Shown: piece after piece, positions 8,958 to 16,758 of the stretch | How the letters are laid out: every line of letters starts with the position of its first letter | Position numbering within the stretch: position 1 is the stretch's first letter | From: a virus | Taxonomy: Duplodnaviria; Caudoviricetes | DNA: 53,393 nucleotides | IMG/VR virus record: IMGVR_UViG_3300031997_000012 | Span: 1-53,393 of that record | Strand: one strand, 5' to 3' | Translations under genes and position numbers: made by a program | The notes under the pieces: model-generated | The model's database searches: none | The model's input: only the letters and a program-made list of their open reading frames with translations | Told to the model about the DNA's origin: nothing

Positions 8958-9035
8958 TTGAGAGGGGAGGATTCGAACCTCCAAAGGCATCGCCAACAGA
9001 TTTATATTCCCCTTTGGCCGCTCGGGAACCTCTCC
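8958..9035 (-). pseudogene. tRNA-Tyr-like pseudogene with collapsed anticodon arm
   Basis: GGAGAGGTTCCCGAGCGGCCAAAGGGGAATATAAATCTGTTGGCGATGCCTTTGGAGGTTCGAATCCTCCCCTCTCAA: Tyr-type D arm, long variable arm and intact T arm; about 4 nt missing from the 5' anticodon stem; G1-A72 mismatch; no CCA. Confidence 0.85.
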
Positions 9036-9042
9036 AAAGCAT

Positions 9043-9351
9043 CTACCCCACTTCTACCATCCTAAACAACCTTTTTTTGCCAAAATTAGTAGTACCATAT
9101 TTTGGATTTTTCAAAACTACACTATCCTTTTGCTGCCAAACAGGATCCGAATGTTTCTGAAAAATACTGCTTGCTAAATCACTCACTCCTTTTGTATGTT
9201 TACAGATTCTATTGCTATGCATAATCCATCCCGGACAGTTGCAAGTTAATAAACCATCTGCATGAAGTTGCGTTTCATAAACTGTTGTTCCGGCACTTGA
9301 ACTAAATGCCCACGCTGAAATAACTGGTCCGTAATTTCCACCTACTTTCAT
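9043..9351 (-). CDS. SWIM-type zinc-finger protein
   Basis: SSS...YET...LTCNCPGW...ICKH (CxC...CxH). Confidence 0.75.
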   Translation of the reverse strand: MKVGGNYGPVISAWAFSSSAGTTVYETQLHADGLLTCNCPGWIMHSNRICKHTKGVSDLASSIFQKHSDPVWQQKDSVVLKNPKYGTTNFGKKRLFRMVEVG

Positions 9352-9376
9352 TTCATTCTCCTTTCATTTTTCATAG

Positions 9377-9622
9377 TTATTTTTTTGGCTGGTAGTATAG
9401 AACATAGTTTTCATTTTCATAGATCACTTCCTTCTTCGTCCATCTATTCCACCTTAAACCACAATCTGGACATTGCCAAAAGGAAACCCCATCATATAAA
9501 AGAGGATCTTCTATACCAATTAATCTAGAATAACGTTTTCCGTCATAAATAACAAATAAATTTGTTTGACAAGCCGGGCAAACTTCCCAATCTTCTTCCA
9601 CGTCTTTTTTCCTTTTTTTCAT
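9377..9622 (-). CDS. Zn-ribbon hypothetical protein
   Basis: CPAC...SRLIGIE...YDGVSFWQCPDCG..WNRWT, a pattern common in small phage proteins. Confidence 0.7.
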   Translation of the reverse strand: MKKRKKDVEEDWEVCPACQTNLFVIYDGKRYSRLIGIEDPLLYDGVSFWQCPDCGLRWNRWTKKEVIYENENYVLYYQPKK

Positions 9623-9626
9623 TTTT

Positions 9627-9929
9627 TCACCATTCCAAATCATCAAGTGTATATAAACACAGATTCTTACCTATACATAATATGTGCTTTAAATACGTAT
9701 CTTCACTATGATCACCACTTAAAAAATAATCTAAATCATGGATTCTTTTATATGACAATTCTAATGACTGATAAAGATCAAACATTTCTGCCAAAATTTC
9801 CTTTGGAAGTTTTTTCTTAAACTCACCCTCTGAATATGAAGATCTTTGACCTTTAATATATTCTAATCTAATTGATTCTGCGATATCATTTATTCTATAT
9901 TCTTGATAATCAAAATATCCTCCACTCAT
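9627..9929 (-). CDS. Hypothetical phage protein (MSGGYFDY... type)
   Basis: ATG at 9929 with GGAGG RBS; ends ...DYFLSGDHSEDTYL. Confidence 0.7.
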   Translation of the reverse strand: MSGGYFDYQEYRINDIAESIRLEYIKGQRSSYSEGEFKKKLPKEILAEMFDLYQSLELSYKRIHDLDYFLSGDHSEDTYLKHILCIGKNLCLYTLDDLEW

Positions 9930-10105
9930 TTTTCTTCCTCCTTTCTGTAGAGCCATTCTTTTTCAATAAAGTTAGCCCCAGAAATTCCACGTCTAAATCC
10001 AAGTCTAAATGCGAACTCAACCTTTTCATCTTCTCCAAGAACATCCCACTGATTATATCCATCAGCTATCTCATTCCATTCTTTAACAATTTCAATATAT
10101 CTCAT
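9926..10105 (-). CDS. Hypothetical protein
   Basis: AAGGAG RBS; EWNEIADGYNQWDVLGEDEKVEFA. Confidence 0.65.
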   Translation of the reverse strand: MRYIEIVKEWNEIADGYNQWDVLGEDEKVEFAFRLGFRRGISGANFIEKEWLYRKEEEK

Positions 10106-10116
10106 ATTCACTCCTT

Positions 10117-10698
10117 TCAAAATTTGTAACTTCCGTTTGATTTTCTAACTTTAAACATATATTTTACTGTCGGACTAGATGTATAACCCAGTTCCAGTTT
10201 TGCATCCAATTTTTTCATAACTAAACCCTCTATTTCTGGTAATTTCGTATATTCATCAAAAACTTTCTTAAAGTCAGATAAATAAAATTCTGTTGGTGTA
10301 ACACTTTCTTGTTTACTACCAAAAAGTTTTTCTAATTCTGCCCTCCTTTCTCTAAACTGAAGTGACTTTAAACTCACTCCATTAGATATAAACATGTCCC
10401 ACAATACTATATGATGTCTAATTCCTTTAACTTTATTGTGTCTAAGCTCTCCATTAACTACACAATAACCAGCCCAACTCATGTTTTGAAGGTCACTTAA
10501 AACTTCTTTCGAAGGTTCATAGTTAAACTTTAATCCATAACGATTCCAAAATTCAAATCTACCATCCTCAAATCTATGAAGAACTAAATTGTTTCCATTA
10601 TATTTCAACTCAGCAATAACATTTAGATCATCGTTCAGTTGACTAAATAAAGGCTGATCAATTGAAATAAGGGTTGGTTTTGGTGGGTAGAATATCAT
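10117..10698 (-). CDS. ATP-dependent ligase-like adenylation domain protein (no OB fold)
   Basis: ELKYNG, WNR, VNGEL, LWDMF, ERR, IEGLVMKK, MFKVR; only 193 aa. Confidence 0.8.
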   Translation of the reverse strand: MIFYPPKPTLISIDQPLFSQLNDDLNVIAELKYNGNNLVLHRFEDGRFEFWNRYGLKFNYEPSKEVLSDLQNMSWAGYCVVNGELRHNKVKGIRHHIVLWDMFISNGVSLKSLQFRERRAELEKLFGSKQESVTPTEFYLSDFKKVFDEYTKLPEIEGLVMKKLDAKLELGYTSSPTVKYMFKVRKSNGSYKF

Positions 10699-10710
10699 AA
10701 TTTTATCCTC

Positions 10711-10800
10711 CTAAGTTTTCGGTATTTTCAACCTTAAATTTCGTTTAAATCTACCTGATACCTCAATCTCCTTCTTAGAATCAAACTTTCTACTTTTCAC
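10711..10800 (-). CDS. 29-aa microprotein carrying the GRFKRNLR motif
   Basis: Not in track. GTG at 10800 with AAGGAG upstream; MKSRKFDSKKEIEVSGRFKRNLRLKIPKT; fills the gap between the AAA+ and ligase-like genes; octapeptide identical to the 12771-13751 C-terminus with synonymous-only changes. Confidence 0.7.
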   Translation of the reverse strand: MKSRKFDSKKEIEVSGRFKRNLRLKIPKT

Positions 10801-12412
10801 TTGCCGCCAATCTCCTTAAATAAACTGGATCCTTCCCCGACTTTGTCGTTGCCTTTCCAGAAGCCAATCGGGCTTTTTTACCCTCACCCCATTCACTTCT
10901 TAAAGATTCAATTTTATCTTTCATCGTTTCCGACAAAGGCACTGTTTGTTTTAGCGCCTTAACAACATCATCACCTGTTAATTTTCTACTACCCTCAGAA
11001 AAACAAACCGTAAGACCTTGCACAATTGCCTGTTCAATCTCTGCACCAGTATAATTAGCAGATTCAATAGCAATGTTTTTAAATTCATCTGGCTTTAAAT
11101 TTCTTTGAATTAACTTCCCATCCTCTTCATAAGGACGTTTACATACATGAATTTTTGCAATAGCTAATCTCTCTGCCTCGTTTGGAAGATCCACAAAAAA
11201 TATTTCATCAAATCTTCCTTTTCTTAGTAACTCTGGAGGTAACTTGGATACATCATTAGCTGTAGCCACAATAAATACTTGACTCGTTTTTTCTTGCATC
11301 CAAGTAAGAAGCGTCCCCATAACCCTTGAGGTAACACCAGAGTCTAATTCTCCAGATGAATTCGCACCAGCCATTCCCTTCTCTATTTCATCGATCCACA
11401 AAATACAAGGGGCAACTACATCAGCAATTTCTGTAACCTTTCTCGCTTTACCCTCTGACTCGCCCATAAGTTTTGTAAAAACTTTGCCGACATCCAATCT
11501 ATAAAGACCAATCTGCCAATTAGAAGCACAGGCTTTTGCAATTGCAGATTTCCCACAGCCGCTAATACCAACTAAAAGAATTCCCTTTGGAGACGGCAGA
11601 CCAAATTGGCGAGCAGGCCCACTAAAAATTGATTCTCTTTGAATCAGCCATTCTTTTAAAGAATCTAACCCGCCAATATCCTCCAATTTATCCTTCGTAT
11701 CAATATACTCCAAAATACCATCCTTCTTTAAAATCTGACATTTCTGATCTAAAACCGTCTTAATGGAATCACCATCTAGATTAAAATTTTTAATAATTGC
11801 CAACGAAAATGCATCCTCTGACTCCTGGTATGTTAACCCTAAAGCTGCATCAATAACTTTTTCCTTTACATCATTTGAAATTAGTGATTCTGTGTCCCTA
11901 GAAGAGCTTATAATAAAATCTAGACACTCTCTTAATTCCGCTCTTTCAGGAAAAGGTAAGTCAATAACGCTGATAACTTTTTCTAACTCTATAGGAATTT
12001 TAAGGTCAGGAGAAATAAATACAACAATCTTACCCACGTTTTTAAGAATGTCAAGAGAATTTTTTAATCCTCTAATAACAGCTGGATTTTCCATATGGTA
12101 ATTAAAATCCAGCACACATAATACAGTAGTTTCACGATAGGAAGAACTAGCAAATATACTAAATAACTTTGAAGGATCATCTGCAGTTTTCTTTATCGGA
12201 GAAGCAGGCTGGTCTTCGGAATCAATATACTGAATAATTTCGCCATTGAAATCCCAATACTGAAGAGAGCCTTTACTCGTCTTCACAATCTTATTTATGA
12301 TTTTTAGAGCTCGTGCTTCTTCATAAGTTCTGACCCAAATAACAGAAATGCACGCTTTATACATATAATCAAAATTCTTTTCAAATTTTTGTTGCCCACT
12401 TTCTTCGATCAT
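10790..12412 (-). CDS. Ycf46-like AAA+ ATPase
   Basis: Degenerate first AAA domain; IGGLDSLKEWL; Walker A GISGCGKS; Walker B LWIDEIEK; ATAN; LPPELLRKGRFDEIFFVDLP. Confidence 0.9.
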   Translation of the reverse strand: MIEESGQQKFEKNFDYMYKACISVIWVRTYEEARALKIINKIVKTSKGSLQYWDFNGEIIQYIDSEDQPASPIKKTADDPSKLFSIFASSSYRETTVLCVLDFNYHMENPAVIRGLKNSLDILKNVGKIVVFISPDLKIPIELEKVISVIDLPFPERAELRECLDFIISSSRDTESLISNDVKEKVIDAALGLTYQESEDAFSLAIIKNFNLDGDSIKTVLDQKCQILKKDGILEYIDTKDKLEDIGGLDSLKEWLIQRESIFSGPARQFGLPSPKGILLVGISGCGKSAIAKACASNWQIGLYRLDVGKVFTKLMGESEGKARKVTEIADVVAPCILWIDEIEKGMAGANSSGELDSGVTSRVMGTLLTWMQEKTSQVFIVATANDVSKLPPELLRKGRFDEIFFVDLPNEAERLAIAKIHVCKRPYEEDGKLIQRNLKPDEFKNIAIESANYTGAEIEQAIVQGLTVCFSEGSRKLTGDDVVKALKQTVPLSETMKDKIESLRSEWGEGKKARLASGKATTKSGKDPVYLRRLAASEK

Positions 12413-12413
12413 A

Positions 12414-12740
12414 TCAATCTCCTTTCTTAATTAAGATCGGTCTTAACATCCTTCCAAAACGAACTGCTGACGGTTCAATAACTGTCCATGACTTTACTTC
12501 CTCGCGAATCCGTGTTTCCACTTCGATGAGCTGCTTCAGGAACTTCTCTTTTCCCTCAACAGGTCGCCGTTCTGGATCACATACATTACATTTATATACG
12601 TATTTAATCCACCTCCCTCTTCTTTCATAAGTACGAGATCTTTTGTCTCCCTTTCGCATAACAGAACCGCACTGTTCACACTTCGTTTTTCTTTTACAGA
12701 TTTCATAGTCTTTTGCTTTAGGTGATCTCATGAATAACAT
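12414..12740 (-). CDS. Basic Zn-finger hypothetical protein with C-terminal VRFGRMLR motif
   Basis: CEQC...CNVC; AAGGAG RBS. Confidence 0.7.
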   Translation of the reverse strand: MLFMRSPKAKDYEICKRKTKCEQCGSVMRKGDKRSRTYERRGRWIKYVYKCNVCDPERRPVEGKEKFLKQLIEVETRIREEVKSWTVIEPSAVRFGRMLRPILIKKGD

Positions 12741-12770
12741 ATTTTTCTCCTTTCAAAAAGCTTAAAGTGT

Positions 12771-13751
12771 TCAGTTCTGAGTTACTCTTAAATTTCGCTT
12801 AAACCTTCCCAGAACTTTATCCATATCCACTGACATAACTGATTCCTCAAGACTCTTTATTTCTAAGTTTAAAGCATCTTTAAACGATTCATTAGACAAG
12901 TCACTCTTACTAACACTATCCAACTTTTCTTCAAGCTGACTTATATGTTGAATTATCTCAGTATCCACAAAATCCATTGACTTAAAAGACTCAGCAAACT
13001 TTTTAAATGAATTTATGGTTTTCATACTAAGACAATCTTTTTCTGTTCTTTCTTTCATGTTCTTAACTGACTTTAAAACCATGTACTTTAATCGAGAAAC
13101 AACTTCTTCTAAAAATAAATCTAACTTCTGACTTACTTTCTCCCGATAAAGATTCTCCATTTCTGCTTTGCCTAAAGCAGCATCAGTCCCAAGTTTAGAA
13201 AATTCAGGAGACGTTACTTCAAATAAATCTAATTCAAACTTAAACTTTTTCCCCAAATCTTCCTTTAGCGGAAACTTATCCCTTAATTTAGAAAGAACAA
13301 TCTCCTTCTTACGCTGTAATATCTCCCCAGAATACTTCTTGGAAAGAATTTCTTCAAACATACCTTCATACTCATCAAGCATTTGACTTCTATCCTGTTC
13401 ATAACCCTCAAGAAATTTTCTTACCTCAAAATAAAAATCCTCCTCAAAAAGTCTTATTTTCTCCACAGTATCCTGTAAACGAGCATAAGGAACAAACCTT
13501 GCTGACCCAAATGGAAACGAAAACGAATTTTGAATTAAAACATTACACGCTTTTTGACGAATTGACCAAATCGACTCCAATCTTTCCTTCTTTGATAGAC
13601 GTTTATGACCTAAAGAAATCTTATCTTTAGGAATGTTTTCTAACCCCAAATCTTCAGCTTTCAACTGAGTTGCGGCACCCCAGATTGAAAAGGATAAATC
13701 AGCTACAACACCAGCCTTATACAAATCAAAATTCATAGATTCATTTTTCAT
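12771..13751 (-). CDS. DUF3150-like coiled-coil protein
   Basis: DLSFSIWGA..L.AEDLGL...SLGHKRL...FPFG.ARFVP pattern and position next to a Ycf46-like ATPase; ends GRFKRNLRVTQN. Confidence 0.65.
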   Translation of the reverse strand: MKNESMNFDLYKAGVVADLSFSIWGAATQLKAEDLGLENIPKDKISLGHKRLSKKERLESIWSIRQKACNVLIQNSFSFPFGSARFVPYARLQDTVEKIRLFEEDFYFEVRKFLEGYEQDRSQMLDEYEGMFEEILSKKYSGEILQRKKEIVLSKLRDKFPLKEDLGKKFKFELDLFEVTSPEFSKLGTDAALGKAEMENLYREKVSQKLDLFLEEVVSRLKYMVLKSVKNMKERTEKDCLSMKTINSFKKFAESFKSMDFVDTEIIQHISQLEEKLDSVSKSDLSNESFKDALNLEIKSLEESVMSVDMDKVLGRFKRNLRVTQN

Positions 13752-13769
13752 ATCATTCTCCTTTTTAGG

Positions 13770-13871
13770 TTATCTACCTTGTCTAAGCAGAGTTTTATAT
13801 CTTCGTTCACCTTTTACCATGTGTCTTCCACAAGTTTTACATTTCGTTAATCGTTGACAAGTTTCCCACAT
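13770..13871 (-). pseudogene. Truncated paralog (33 aa) of the 12414-12740 Zn-finger gene
   Basis: MWETCQRLTKCKTCGRHMVKGERRYKTLLRQGR aligns with YEICKRKTKCEQCGSVMRKGDKRSRTYERRGR but stops before the second CxxC. Confidence 0.55.
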
Positions 13872-14034
13872 GAGATCCCCCTTCCAAAACTTCTAATTCA
13901 TCACCACGAAAAAGAAGTCTTTTTCTAGAGTCGAGTTCAACCATCCAGTGAAATGGATAAACAGAACCATGGATTGCCACAATTTTTCCAAGCCTTCCAT
14001 TCCAAGAAATTTTAACCTCATCTCCTAATTTCAT
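13837..14034 (-). CDS. Small KOW/SH3-like hypothetical protein
   Basis: MKLGDEVKI...GRLGKIVAI...WMVELD...FRGDELEV; GGAG RBS at ATG 14034. Confidence 0.6.
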   Translation of the reverse strand: MKLGDEVKISWNGRLGKIVAIHGSVYPFHWMVELDSRKRLLFRGDELEVLEGGSHVGNLSTINEM

Positions 14035-14075
14035 ATTTTCTCCTTCCTTTATTAGAACAAAAAATTGATCAAGAA

Positions 14076-14219
14076 TTATCCACACCAGGGATTTGAAATT
14101 GAACATAATATGTGGTCACAAGTTTTTTCTTCACATAGATTACAAAATAATTCTTTTATTTCAGGAGTCCACCAATCTGTTGAAACTTCATTTCCATAAA
14201 TTTCTAATTGAATTTCCAT
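14076..14219 (-). CDS. Cys-rich microprotein (47 aa)
   Basis: Not in track. AGGAG RBS; MEIQLEIYGNEV...FCNLCEEKTCDHILCSISNPWCG. Confidence 0.55.
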   Translation of the reverse strand: MEIQLEIYGNEVSTDWWTPEIKELFCNLCEEKTCDHILCSISNPWCG

Positions 14220-14227
14220 ACTTTCTC

Positions 14228-14410
14228 CTATCCGTAAATTTTTACTCCCTCTACTTTACGATAATCATCTTTAAAAATTCTTGACTTTGCTTTACCCAAA
14301 ATATCATCTAACCAAATCAAATCTTTAACACACTTCTGACCTACAAAACCTATAGCTTCAACTTTTACTGTTCCATCAGACATAATTTCTATTGTTACTT
14401 TTTCTCTCAT
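14228..14410 (-). CDS. DUF2997-like protein
   Basis: IEIMSDGTVKVEAIGFVGQKC...LG; typical partner of DUF1257 and Ycf46-like ATPases. Confidence 0.8.
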   Translation of the reverse strand: MREKVTIEIMSDGTVKVEAIGFVGQKCVKDLIWLDDILGKAKSRIFKDDYRKVEGVKIYG

Positions 14411-14454
14411 GTAAACCTCCTTCTGCAGATGATATTTTATTATGTTTCTTTTTA

Positions 14455-14628
14455 TTAAATCTTTGAAAATCGACTCAAAGGATTGTTATCTTCTAAAATT
14501 TTTCTAATTTGTTCCAATTCACTAACTATTTTGTTAATTCGAAATACCCACTGAATAATTCCCATGGCTATTCCAAATATTCCTAAAAAAATAATCGATA
14601 ATGCAATTAGTTGGCCTTCATTACTCAT
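14455..14628 (-). CDS. Small membrane protein (57 aa)
   Basis: Not in track. AAGGAG RBS; MSNEGQLIALSIIFLGIFGIAMGIIQWVFRINKIVSELEQIRKILE... Confidence 0.6.
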   Translation of the reverse strand: MSNEGQLIALSIIFLGIFGIAMGIIQWVFRINKIVSELEQIRKILEDNNPLSRFSKI

Positions 14629-14661
14629 AGTCTTTCTCCTTTCGATTTTTATTTTTTTTTG

Positions 14662-14820
14662 TTATTCAGTGACCGCTTCAATTAAATCAGAACATGCCGG
14701 ACATAACGGTCTAAATGGATCATCATCATCACTCATTCCAAATGGAAAATATGTTGCTAGTATTTTAGGAAACCAACGTTCGCATTGATAACACACGAGC
14801 TTTTGTATTATTTTTTTCAT
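14662..14820 (-). CDS. Zn-finger microprotein
   Basis: CYQC...CPAC; AGGAGG RBS at ATG 14820. Confidence 0.6.
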   Translation of the reverse strand: MKKIIQKLVCYQCERWFPKILATYFPFGMSDDDDPFRPLCPACSDLIEAVTE

Positions 14821-14830
14821 CTTATCCTCC

Positions 14831-15019
14831 TTAGTTTTCAAAAATGTTTCGTGAATATTTAACCCTATTAAATCTCTCGTACCCGTCGTCATGATTCATA
14901 ATTACATCCGCCAAAATCTCATCTTTTTTTACTACTACGTTCACCACCTTGATCCCACTACATCCAGTTTGTAACTTTTCATGTTTAATAATGCTTTCTT
15001 TTATTCTCGCCTTGTCCAT
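14831..15019 (-). CDS. Hypothetical protein
   Basis: Track ORF with GAGG RBS, in operon context. Confidence 0.6.
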   Translation of the reverse strand: MDKARIKESIIKHEKLQTGCSGIKVVNVVVKKDEILADVIMNHDDGYERFNRVKYSRNIFEN

Positions 15020-15035
15020 AGTTCCTCATCTCCTT

Positions 15036-15416
15036 TCATCTACTTAGTGTTACTAATGTAGTTCCCTTCTCTGTATCTTTTCTCGTAATAAAAAATCCAT
15101 ACCCTTTTGCCTTCTTTGCAATTTTATGAAAAGTAGCACCCTGTTTCAGTTTACAACAATCTTTTCCCAACTTTCTTTCAACATGACCTCCATAAGAATC
15201 ATAAACTAAATCATAGTTTCCTGTAATCTTATTTTTAAGTAAACCTACGTCGTAAGGCGTTCCTTCCCAAGAAATTACATAATCAGCCTTAGAAGGCGTG
15301 GAATAGTAATGCCTAACAGAACCCCCTTCTATTATCGTTAACCCTAACTCCCTGCAAAAATCCCGAATAGAATCAATATCGTTTAATTGTGAATTATAAG
15401 TTGTTAAATGACTCAT
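15036..15416 (-). CDS. DUF1257 (Ycf35-like) protein
   Basis: MSH.T....L.D...I...C.ELG...VR.Y...AD.VI...YDVGL...G.YDLVYD.Y...KLKQ. Confidence 0.8.
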   Translation of the reverse strand: MSHLTTYNSQLNDIDSIRDFCRELGLTIIEGGSVRHYYSTPSKADYVISWEGTPYDVGLLKNKITGNYDLVYDSYGGHVERKLGKDCCKLKQGATFHKIAKKAKGYGFFITRKDTEKGTTLVTLSR

Positions 15417-15436
15417 ATTTTCTCCTTTCCTTTAAA

Positions 15437-15748
15437 TTAAACTACCGCCCCTTGTGAAATCCATAACTCTAGTTCATCTTCAGTTACCTCATAAATTGGC
15501 ATTTTTCTAAGAAATTCTGCATACGAATGCAGTGCTGGGGCCAATACCAGCAATTCTTCTAAAAGAAAATCTGCGTGTTCGGATAAAGTACGAACTATAA
15601 AATCTACCGTACTGGTAAAGCCGATTCCACCCACTTTAGTAGAACCATCATCCATCTTTTCAAAACTAATTTTTTCAGATGTTTTTAAAAGTTGACACAA
15701 ACCTTCACCACCAATTCTTATTGCAAGCTCAGATTTAAGTTTCATCAC
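15437..15748 (-). CDS. Hypothetical protein
   Basis: Track ORF with AAGGAGG RBS. Confidence 0.65.
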   Translation of the reverse strand: MMKLKSELAIRIGGEGLCQLLKTSEKISFEKMDDGSTKVGGIGFTSTVDFIVRTLSEHADFLLEELLVLAPALHSYAEFLRKMPIYEVTEDELELWISQGAVV

Positions 15749-15768
15749 TACTTCTTTTCCTCCTTTCG

Positions 15769-15912
15769 TATAGCAGTGATTCTGGTTATTCTGTATTTAC
15801 TGCTATTCCAAGTATTTTCTCTTTCATAAAACTTCTGAAAATTTGAATAGCCTGAATATCCAGAATCACTGCTGTATCCTGAATATCCAGAATCACTGCT
15901 GTATCCTGAATA
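15769..15912. repeat. 27-bp tandem repeat (2.3 copies) plus an inverted copy
   Basis: CCTGAATATCCAGAATCACTGCTGTAT at 15851-15877 and 15878-15904, partial to 15912; inverted 21/23 copy at 15769-15791. Confidence 0.9.
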
Positions 15913-15925
15913 ACCTGATTTAGAA

Positions 15926-16189
15926 CTAAAGCTGTCTTATTTCCCAATCGTTAGTAAAGTCTAAACAAGATTCTGCATTCTGAAATACTTTTCTTTTAAT
16001 TAATTTGATTTCAGAAAATCCTGCATTGTTTTTCCATGATTTATAACCATGATACTCCTGAGCAGCCAGTTTAAAAATACGCTCACTACTATCTTGAGTT
16101 AGCCAAGCATTCTGGGAACACCTCAAAGTTTGCCTGGAAAGATTTACCTTACAAAATCTACAATCATCGCAGGTTTTCATAATTTTCAT
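15926..16189 (-). CDS. Cys-rich hypothetical protein
   Basis: CDDCRFC...C...C; AAGGAG RBS. Confidence 0.65.
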   Translation of the reverse strand: MKIMKTCDDCRFCKVNLSRQTLRCSQNAWLTQDSSERIFKLAAQEYHGYKSWKNNAGFSEIKLIKRKVFQNAESCLDFTNDWEIRQL

Positions 16190-16201
16190 AAATCTCCTTT
16201 C

Positions 16202-16363
16202 TTATTTTTCTTCCTCAATTGCGGCCACCGTTTCGCATATTGGACATTCCGCTCTCCAATGTTCTTGCCAATAAGATTTAAACCAAACATTGCCACAATT
16301 ATAACAGTGAAAAACATACTGAATTTCTGTATGATAACTGTGTTTATTTTCCAGTTTATTCAT
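16202..16363 (-). CDS. Zn-ribbon microprotein (53 aa)
   Basis: Not in track. GGGGAG RBS; YVFHCYNCGNVW...ECPICET. Confidence 0.65.
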   Translation of the reverse strand: MNKLENKHSYHTEIQYVFHCYNCGNVWFKSYWQEHWRAECPICETVAAIEEEK

Positions 16364-16455
16364 ATTCTCCCCTCCACTGTATTTTCCCCCAAGCTGGGAA
16401 CATAATCACAAATGGAACATATCATCTAAACATAAAAATTTGGTTGCCAACTTTC

Positions 16456-16674
16456 CTATTTCAAGGCAAAGCAAGTAGAGAGAGGGCTGAGGTCCTCTAA
16501 CTCTGTTCGACAGTGAGAACAGAAATAAAGACTATCTTGATAACGCTCTGTCTCTACTAACTCATAACACTCTCCATCCCACCTTCTTGTTTCTGTTACT
16601 CTCTCCAGAACTTCTTCAATCTCATCTGGAAAGAGTTTACAGATTGGACAGTAAAACCACTTCTTTTCCTTCAT
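16456..16674 (-). CDS. Zn-ribbon hypothetical protein
   Basis: CPIC...CSHC; GGAGGTG RBS. Confidence 0.65.
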   Translation of the reverse strand: MKEKKWFYCPICKLFPDEIEEVLERVTETRRWDGECYELVETERYQDSLYFCSHCRTELEDLSPLSTCFALK

Positions 16675-16758
16675 CCTAACTCACCTCCCTTCAAAAATTT
16701 TTTTTCCATTTATCTCCCTATACCCGTTCTGTCGAGCTGTCAATGTTTTTTAAAAAAA

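Noticed and set aside
8958-9035. Functional tRNA-Tyr or suppressor tRNA
   Set aside because: The anticodon stem cannot form, the first acceptor pair is mismatched, and genes show no sign of stop-codon reassignment.
8938-9042. 35-aa N-terminal extension of the DNA ligase in the ORF track
   Set aside because: It is a translation of the tRNA-like element; the ATG at 8937 has a strong RBS and the ligase domain begins there.
15749-15925. SGYSG-repeat fibre gene
   Set aside because: The repeat frame has no start codon or RBS and is under 60 codons; it is at most a fragment.
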